28,263 nt of DNA from a virus. Its lineage: Duplodnaviria > Caudoviricetes. Positions 23,036-28,263 of the stretch are shown piece after piece (position 1 is the stretch's first letter; every line of letters begins with the position of its first letter). The stretch is from positions 1-28,263 of IMG/VR virus record IMGVR_UViG_3300044728_000153, one strand, 5' to 3'. The notes under the pieces were generated by a model. The model made no database searches. It saw only the letters and a program-made list of their open reading frames with translations, and was not told the origin of the DNA. The position numbers and the translations under genes were made by a program.

Positions 23036-26002
23036 CTACCAGCCGCCGGTACCGAACGACGGCATGGTGAACCCACCACCGCCGCCGAGGTCGAAGCCAC
23101 CACCGCCACCCCAGTCAAGGCCGGCGCCGATGTTGCCGCCGCCCCAGCCCCAGCCACCCAGGGTCTGCATCGGGATCGGTGACAGGCCCATGCTCGGGCT
23201 GCTGCCCGACGCCGCCGCGCTGTTGAGCAGCGGCGACGAAAAGGTGGCGTTGTCGATCGGCGGCAGCATCCCCGCCATCGCGATCGAGCCGCCCTGGCTG
23301 GCGCCCTGGCCGGGTATGGTGCCAGTTGGAATCTGGCTCAAGCCAGACGGTGCGAGAGACAGCCCGCCGGCGGTACCACCGGCGGGCGTGGCAGGCTGCG
23401 CCGGGAGCACCGGCATGGCATCGGCCGGTGGTGGGCTTGGATCCGGCGCAACCCGGCTTTCGTCTTTGTAGACATTGGTCAGGGCTTGGGCCATCTCCGG
23501 CGTCATCGCGCCTTGCTGGCCCTTCGGCTGCTCGCTGATTCGCGCCGCCTCGTCCTGATGCAGCTTCTCCGCGGCGGCGCCGGCCTGCTCGACCGTGTCG
23601 AATTTGCCGAGATGGTTGCCGGTTTCTACATAACGCTGACGTGCGTCGGCGTCAGACATTACGCGGCCACCCTCGGCCGGCACGGTAGGAATATTGACCT
23701 CCTTGCCTTGGTCCTCCACGCCGATCGTTCGCACGGTCGAGATTGAGCCGTCCTCGTTCTGCACTGGCTTTTGTTGCAGCGGGTCTAGCGTCGCCGCATT
23801 GGGATCGACCGCGGGCGCGGCCGCCTCGGCCGGCGCCGGCGCCATCCGCTTGCTGGCGCTGAAGTCGGTGGCGCCCGAGGTGCCGAGGTCAGTACGCTTG
23901 CCCAACGTGGCCGGCTTCGGCGCGCCCTCTTTCACCGCGGCGTCGAACTGCTGCTGGGTGATGCCCATCTTCGGCAGGTACGGCGCCACGCCGGCGGCGA
24001 TTTGACCGCCAATGAACGGCATGCCCATCGCTTCACGTAGGGTCTTGTTGCCGATCATGTCCGGCACCTGGCTGACCTTGCTCGGGTCGCCGCGCTTCAC
24101 CAGCTCGATCACCTTGGTGTCGAGCAGCGCGTGCGCCGGATTGACCGCTGGCGGCGCCGGCTTGGCGACCGGCGGCGGCGCAGGGGGCGGCGCTGCCGAG
24201 GGCTTTACCGGCGCCGCTGCCGCCGCGGGCGCAGGTGGGAGAGGTGCTGCGGCCACAGGAGCTGGCGTTGCGGGTTTTGTGGGTTCTGCGGAGGCTGTTG
24301 CGGGAACGTCCGGTGAATCTTCCGGCAACAATTGTTCCGCTTCGGTCGCCGCGATCGCGGCAGCACCCGGCGGCGGCGCGTTCGGAGTCGCCGCCGCCGG
24401 AGCCGCCGCAGCCTGTGCAGGCTTCGCTTCAGCTTGCGGGGGCTGGGCGGGAGCTTGTGGAGCAGGCTGCGAGCTTGATCCCTTGATAGCGGCCTCGGTC
24501 GAGGCCCGCCACTTCTGGTTATTTGCCACGGTGCCGGCGCCGTGGACCTCCGGGGTCTTGTCCTTGATGAAGAAGTCGTTGCCGCCGACCTTGCCGACGT
24601 GGGTGGAGTTGGTCTTGGACTGCGCCGCGGTGTTGCCGCTGCCGAAGTCCGTTGCGAGGTTTGAGTAGTTGGTGCCTTGCTTGTGGGCCTGATCCATCTC
24701 GGCATAGAGCATGGCTTTGAACTGCGGATCGGTCTGCACCCGCTTCAGCGCGGCGTCGTACTTGGACCGTTGCGCCGGGTCGCTCATCGCCGCGTAGTAC
24801 TTCGGATCAATGATATCGCCGACCGGCCGGCCCGCGGCATTGATCCGGTTGGCGCCGGCCTCATGCACGGCGATCCGGCCCTCCGGCGAGTTGTTGTCTT
24901 CGGTCCAGGCCGCCGCTGCCATCTGCTCCTTGAGGCGGGGGTTGCCGTCGAAGAACTGGGCGATCGGCTTGCGCTGCTCCGCAAGCACCGTGCTGCCGGC
25001 TGCGGACGACGCCGTTGATGTTGCTGCGGTTCCTGGCGCGGCTGCGGACGGTGCGGACGGCGTTGCGGACGCGGCCGGCGGATTGGAGAACGACGGCCCC
25101 TTGAAGCTGCCGTTGACCTCGACGTGCGGCGCGTCGCCCTTGACCGGGAAGTGCAGTCCGAATTGATCCTTGTTGCCGGCGTTCAGCCACTGCCTGAAAT
25201 GGCTGTCCGGCAGGTCGCCGGACCGCCCGACCTGGTGGCCGGAGCGGCCAGGCGGCGCGGCGATGCTCTTGCCGTCGGCCAGGTACTTGTCGTGGTAGAC
25301 CTTCTGCACGTCCTCGCCGCGGGAGAACTCGCCGAACTGGGCCTTCTTGCCGGGGTTGGCTTTCTCGTAAGCTTCGCCGGCGGCGCGCAGCCGCGCGGCC
25401 AGTTCGGGATCGACCGTCTTGTAGGTGCCGGCCGCGTCGACCGGCACGGATACGATCTTGCCGTCCTTCAGCACGCTGTTGTGGCCGCCGCGCTCGTTGA
25501 GGAAGGCGATATCCGCCTTGTAGGTCGGCCCTTCCGGCGATCGCTCGGCACGGGAGCCGAGCCTGGCGCGGTTGGATCCGGGTCCGGGCGGTCGCTCCGG
25601 CATCTGCGGCGGGGTCGGCGGCTGCACCTTCTGCTGCGCTTGCAGCTTCTGTTGCAGGGCCTTGTCCTTGGCCGCGCCGAAGCCGCCCGAGATGGTTTCA
25701 CCGATGCTGTCGTCGCTTTGATTCGTCCGTTGTAGCGACGAGGTGACCTGGCCGACCAACGGCTGCACTTGCAGTGGCTTCTGTTCGTCGACGCGAATGT
25801 CTTTTGCGCTCGGGCCTTTGAGCAGCCCAGCTAATAGCTGGGTCATCTGGCTCGGCGGCGTGCCGGGTGGCACGATCCCGAGGTTGACGCCGAGCGCGTG
25901 CAGCGCGGTCGTGGTATCGGCGCCGAGCAATGGCTGCTTGCCGGCCAATAAAGACTGCCTACTCTTCTCGCGCTCGAGCGCCATTTCGTCCATGTAGGCC
26001 AT
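23036..26002 (-). CDS. Internal virion/ejection protein with M15 peptidase-like and SleB/Hydrolase_2-like domains
   Basis: 988 aa. SR...Q...APPGRSGH......D...DAPHVE; WTED..PEGRIAV...NR...ATDF...VGGNDFF; NEDGSISTVR...IPTV...HLGKF; Pro/Ala-rich linkers. Confidence 0.8.
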   Translation of the reverse strand: MAYMDEMALEREKSRQSLLAGKQPLLGADTTTALHALGVNLGIVPPGTPPSQMTQLLAGLLKGPSAKDIRVDEQKPLQVQPLVGQVTSSLQRTNQSDDSIGETISGGFGAAKDKALQQKLQAQQKVQPPTPPQMPERPPGPGSNRARLGSRAERSPEGPTYKADIAFLNERGGHNSVLKDGKIVSVPVDAAGTYKTVDPELAARLRAAGEAYEKANPGKKAQFGEFSRGEDVQKVYHDKYLADGKSIAAPPGRSGHQVGRSGDLPDSHFRQWLNAGNKDQFGLHFPVKGDAPHVEVNGSFKGPSFSNPPAASATPSAPSAAAPGTAATSTASSAAGSTVLAEQRKPIAQFFDGNPRLKEQMAAAAWTEDNNSPEGRIAVHEAGANRINAAGRPVGDIIDPKYYAAMSDPAQRSKYDAALKRVQTDPQFKAMLYAEMDQAHKQGTNYSNLATDFGSGNTAAQSKTNSTHVGKVGGNDFFIKDKTPEVHGAGTVANNQKWRASTEAAIKGSSSQPAPQAPAQPPQAEAKPAQAAAAPAAATPNAPPPGAAAIAATEAEQLLPEDSPDVPATASAEPTKPATPAPVAAAPLPPAPAAAAAPVKPSAAPPPAPPPVAKPAPPAVNPAHALLDTKVIELVKRGDPSKVSQVPDMIGNKTLREAMGMPFIGGQIAAGVAPYLPKMGITQQQFDAAVKEGAPKPATLGKRTDLGTSGATDFSASKRMAPAPAEAAAPAVDPNAATLDPLQQKPVQNEDGSISTVRTIGVEDQGKEVNIPTVPAEGGRVMSDADARQRYVETGNHLGKFDTVEQAGAAAEKLHQDEAARISEQPKGQQGAMTPEMAQALTNVYKDESRVAPDPSPPPADAMPVLPAQPATPAGGTAGGLSLAPSGLSQIPTGTIPGQGASQGGSIAMAGMLPPIDNATFSSPLLNSAAASGSSPSMGLSPIPMQTLGGWGWGGGNIGAGLDWGGGGGFDLGGGGGFTMPSFGTGGW

Positions 26003-28209
26003 TACTGCGGCTCACTGGGTGGCGGTTGATAGAGCGAGCCGACGCCACGCGGCAGGCCGCGGGCGGCGTCCATGCCTTGCTGGACCGCCGGGGTGATGCC
26101 GTGCTGGAGCAGGTACGGCTTGGCGAAGCGGTTGAAGCCGTATTTGGCGCCCAAGGCGCCAGTGCCGATCGCCGCCGCCGCGTCGCCGTAGCCGGCCTGG
26201 TGCGCGCCATAGAGCGCAGCGCCAGCGCCAACACCAAGCCCACCATACTTGCCGGCGATCGCCATGGTCTGGCCGAGCGACGCCGCGGAGCCGGTGCTTT
26301 GCAGGGCGTTGACTTCGCCGACCCGGCCCATCACCTCGCGCAGTGCCTCGACGTCTCTGCTGAGCCGGGTGCCGGGCGGGAACAGCAGCGCCCGGGCGCT
26401 TTCCGGTATCGCCTCTAGGGCCGAGGCCATCTTCGCCGACGAGCCGCCGGCGTCGTTGACGATCTTGCCCAGCACGCCGCCGCCCAAGGCGACCCGCTCT
26501 TGCGCCGGCAGCGCGCCGATCACTGTGTTGAGGGCATCGATATTGGTGCCGGCGCCCTTCGCGGTGGCAGCGCTATGGATCATGTTGACCACCGCTTCCG
26601 GCCGATCTTTCATCGCGTCGGAGATCGCCCGCTGCACGTCGGACAGGTTGCTCGACTGCTCCAAGTTGCGGGTGAACGTCGCCTCGCCCCACGGGCCGGC
26701 GTCGCGCCGCATGATGCTGCGCTGGTCGCCGCGCAGCCCGGCGTAGATCTGCGCCAGCTGGGCGTCGTCGACCGCCCGCGGTATCGTCGGCGGCAGGCCG
26801 AGCCGTTGGCCGATTTCGGTGGCCTGGTCGGCCATGTTCTCCCAGGTCGAGCCGCCCGGGCCGTAGTGGGAAAACGGTCCGCGCATCGGATCCGGCGGCG
26901 GCCGCGTGGTCATGCCGAGCTGGTCGCCCAAGCCGGCCTGCGGGTTCTCCGCACCCATGCCGGCACGGCGCTCGATCACCTGCTCGGTGGCCTCGCGCAT
27001 TTGCGGCACGTCGTAGCGCACCGCCGGCGGCAGCAGATCGCGGCTCTCGCGCGCCAGTTCGCCCTTCTGGGTTTGCGCGGCATCGATCGCGGTCTCCAGT
27101 GATGGGGTGACGGTGGTGCCGGCTGTGTGTGGCGCCAGCTGCACGTCGGTGGATCCGGCGGCGCGGTTGGCGGTGCCGGCGGCGGACTGCTCGACTGCGT
27201 CTTGGGCGCCGGTCCAGGATCGATTGAGCGGCGAGTCCAGTGAGGTCTGCGCGGTGCGCCGGCCGGCGGCCTGGATGTCCGGGCTGGCGGCTTTGACAAA
27301 GGCCGGTATCAGCCGGTCGATGCCGAGCGCCTCGGCGGCGCGGACCACGTTGTCGGAGGTGATGCCGTAGCGGCCGAGGTTCTTGATCAGGGTGTTCAAC
27401 CCGAGTGACAGCGGCGCGGTGATGCCGGCGTCGACCGCGCCGGCCTTGAGCCGGTCCTGGTTCTGGTCGGCGCCGCCGGCGCCCTGGATCGCCGCGATCA
27501 CCGTGTCGATGCCGGTGTTGGCCAGCACGCCGGCGCCGCGGATGGTGGTGAGCGGCGCCGAGGCGACCGCGCCGCCGATGTTGGCGGCGACATTGCCGAC
27601 CGGATGCTCGTAGGCGAAGCGACGATTGCGCGCCCGCTCGAGCGCGAGCTTCTCCTCGTAGGGCATACCGCCGGCGAACCCGGGCAGTATCGAATGCACC
27701 GCGGCATTGGCCTCGTCGCCCCAGGCGCCGCCCGGCACGCCCTGGGCGACCGCGCGCATCCAGTCGTTGGCGCCGCGCAGCAACCCGCCTTGCGCGTGTT
27801 GCTGCTGTTCCTGGAAGTCGGCCCAGCGATTCCAGCCCGCCGCCCGCGATGGCTCGTTCTGCACGCCGGCCAGCGCCGTGCGGACCTCCTCGATCGGCGC
27901 CCCGTAGTTGATGCTCGGCGCCACTGGTTCCATCAGCCGCGGGTCTTTGCCGACCCGCGGGCCGGGCAACGCGGCGTTGGACTGTGCCGCCGATGGTGTC
28001 ACGGTGATCTGGGTCGGCGCCACTGCCGGCTGCACCCGCGGGCCGCTGGTATTGGCCGGCGGCGACGCCGCGGCGTCGAACGCCTGCTTCATGGTGACAT
28101 AGTCGGCGGTCCCGGCCTTATCCTGGTTGTTGTCCAGCCAGTCCTTGATCGTCTCCGGTGGCGGCATCGCCGGGGCAGCGGCCGGTGCGGCCAGGTCAGG
28201 TTCGGCCAT
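26002..28209 (-). CDS. Internal virion/DNA ejection protein
   Basis: 735 aa, Ala/Gly-rich helical; WGDEANA...YEEKLALER...F..EHP motif; TAATG-coupled to the next gene. Confidence 0.7.
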   Translation of the reverse strand: MAEPDLAAPAAAPAMPPPETIKDWLDNNQDKAGTADYVTMKQAFDAAASPPANTSGPRVQPAVAPTQITVTPSAAQSNAALPGPRVGKDPRLMEPVAPSINYGAPIEEVRTALAGVQNEPSRAAGWNRWADFQEQQQHAQGGLLRGANDWMRAVAQGVPGGAWGDEANAAVHSILPGFAGGMPYEEKLALERARNRRFAYEHPVGNVAANIGGAVASAPLTTIRGAGVLANTGIDTVIAAIQGAGGADQNQDRLKAGAVDAGITAPLSLGLNTLIKNLGRYGITSDNVVRAAEALGIDRLIPAFVKAASPDIQAAGRRTAQTSLDSPLNRSWTGAQDAVEQSAAGTANRAAGSTDVQLAPHTAGTTVTPSLETAIDAAQTQKGELARESRDLLPPAVRYDVPQMREATEQVIERRAGMGAENPQAGLGDQLGMTTRPPPDPMRGPFSHYGPGGSTWENMADQATEIGQRLGLPPTIPRAVDDAQLAQIYAGLRGDQRSIMRRDAGPWGEATFTRNLEQSSNLSDVQRAISDAMKDRPEAVVNMIHSAATAKGAGTNIDALNTVIGALPAQERVALGGGVLGKIVNDAGGSSAKMASALEAIPESARALLFPPGTRLSRDVEALREVMGRVGEVNALQSTGSAASLGQTMAIAGKYGGLGVGAGAALYGAHQAGYGDAAAAIGTGALGAKYGFNRFAKPYLLQHGITPAVQQGMDAARGLPRGVGSLYQPPPSEPQ

Positions 28210-28211
28210 GG

Positions 28212-28263
28212 CTACTTCCCTATGCCAAGGATGCGGTTAACGCTTGCCGGGTCCGGCCCGCCG
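28212..28263 (-). CDS. 3' end of an upstream virion gene (partial)
   Basis: ...GGPDPASVNRILGIGK-TAG, 2 nt before ATG 28209. Confidence 0.5.
   Translation of the reverse strand, partial: GGPDPASVNRILGIGK

Larger units (their letters stand above)
1..28263. mobile_element. Tailed phage/prophage genome segment (podovirus-like, probable alphaproteobacterial host)
   Basis: Modular phage gene set throughout (tail fibres, PolA, Cas4-like nuclease, SSB, SNF2 helicase, VRR-NUC, Prim-Pol, Cro, internal virion proteins). No host housekeeping genes seen. Confidence 0.95.

Noticed and set aside
554-27907. Many long antisense or alternative-frame ORFs in the track (e.g. 554..1174+, 4813..5541-, 10263..11255+, 15038..16153-, 24012..24668+)
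   Set aside because: They are shadows of well-supported genes caused by high GC3, are Arg/Ala/Pro-rich, and have no motifs or RBS.

Overview
This window is part of a GC-rich tailed dsDNA phage or prophage genome. The large internal virion proteins suggest a podovirus-like phage, and the host is probably an alphaproteobacterium of the Hyphomicrobiales type (both inferred). Left to right: (1) a leftward virion/tail cluster with a tail protein, a collagen-like protein and two paralogous tail-fibre/receptor-binding genes made of GC-rich conserved blocks alternating with AT-rich variable blocks; (2) a probable packaging region with inverted IHF-like sites, a TerS-like ORF and an HGGxSTG-like ORF; (3) a lower-GC early region with a GP88-family gene and small ORFs separated by a repeated double-hairpin element; (4) an iteron- and IHF-containing putative replication origin next to separate Prim-Pol and helicase genes and a VRR-NUC gene; (5) a rightward replication operon with a Cas4-like/DUF2800 nuclease, SSB, family A DNA polymerase and SNF2 helicase; (6) a leftward Cro-led operon containing an adenine methyltransferase; (7) a divergent unit encoding a PEP-CTERM-like surface protein; (8) two large leftward internal virion proteins, one with two peptidoglycan-hydrolase-like domains. 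I saw no integrase, CI repressor, reverse transcriptase, tRNA or CRISPR array. Family assignments come from motifs recognised by eye, not from database searches.
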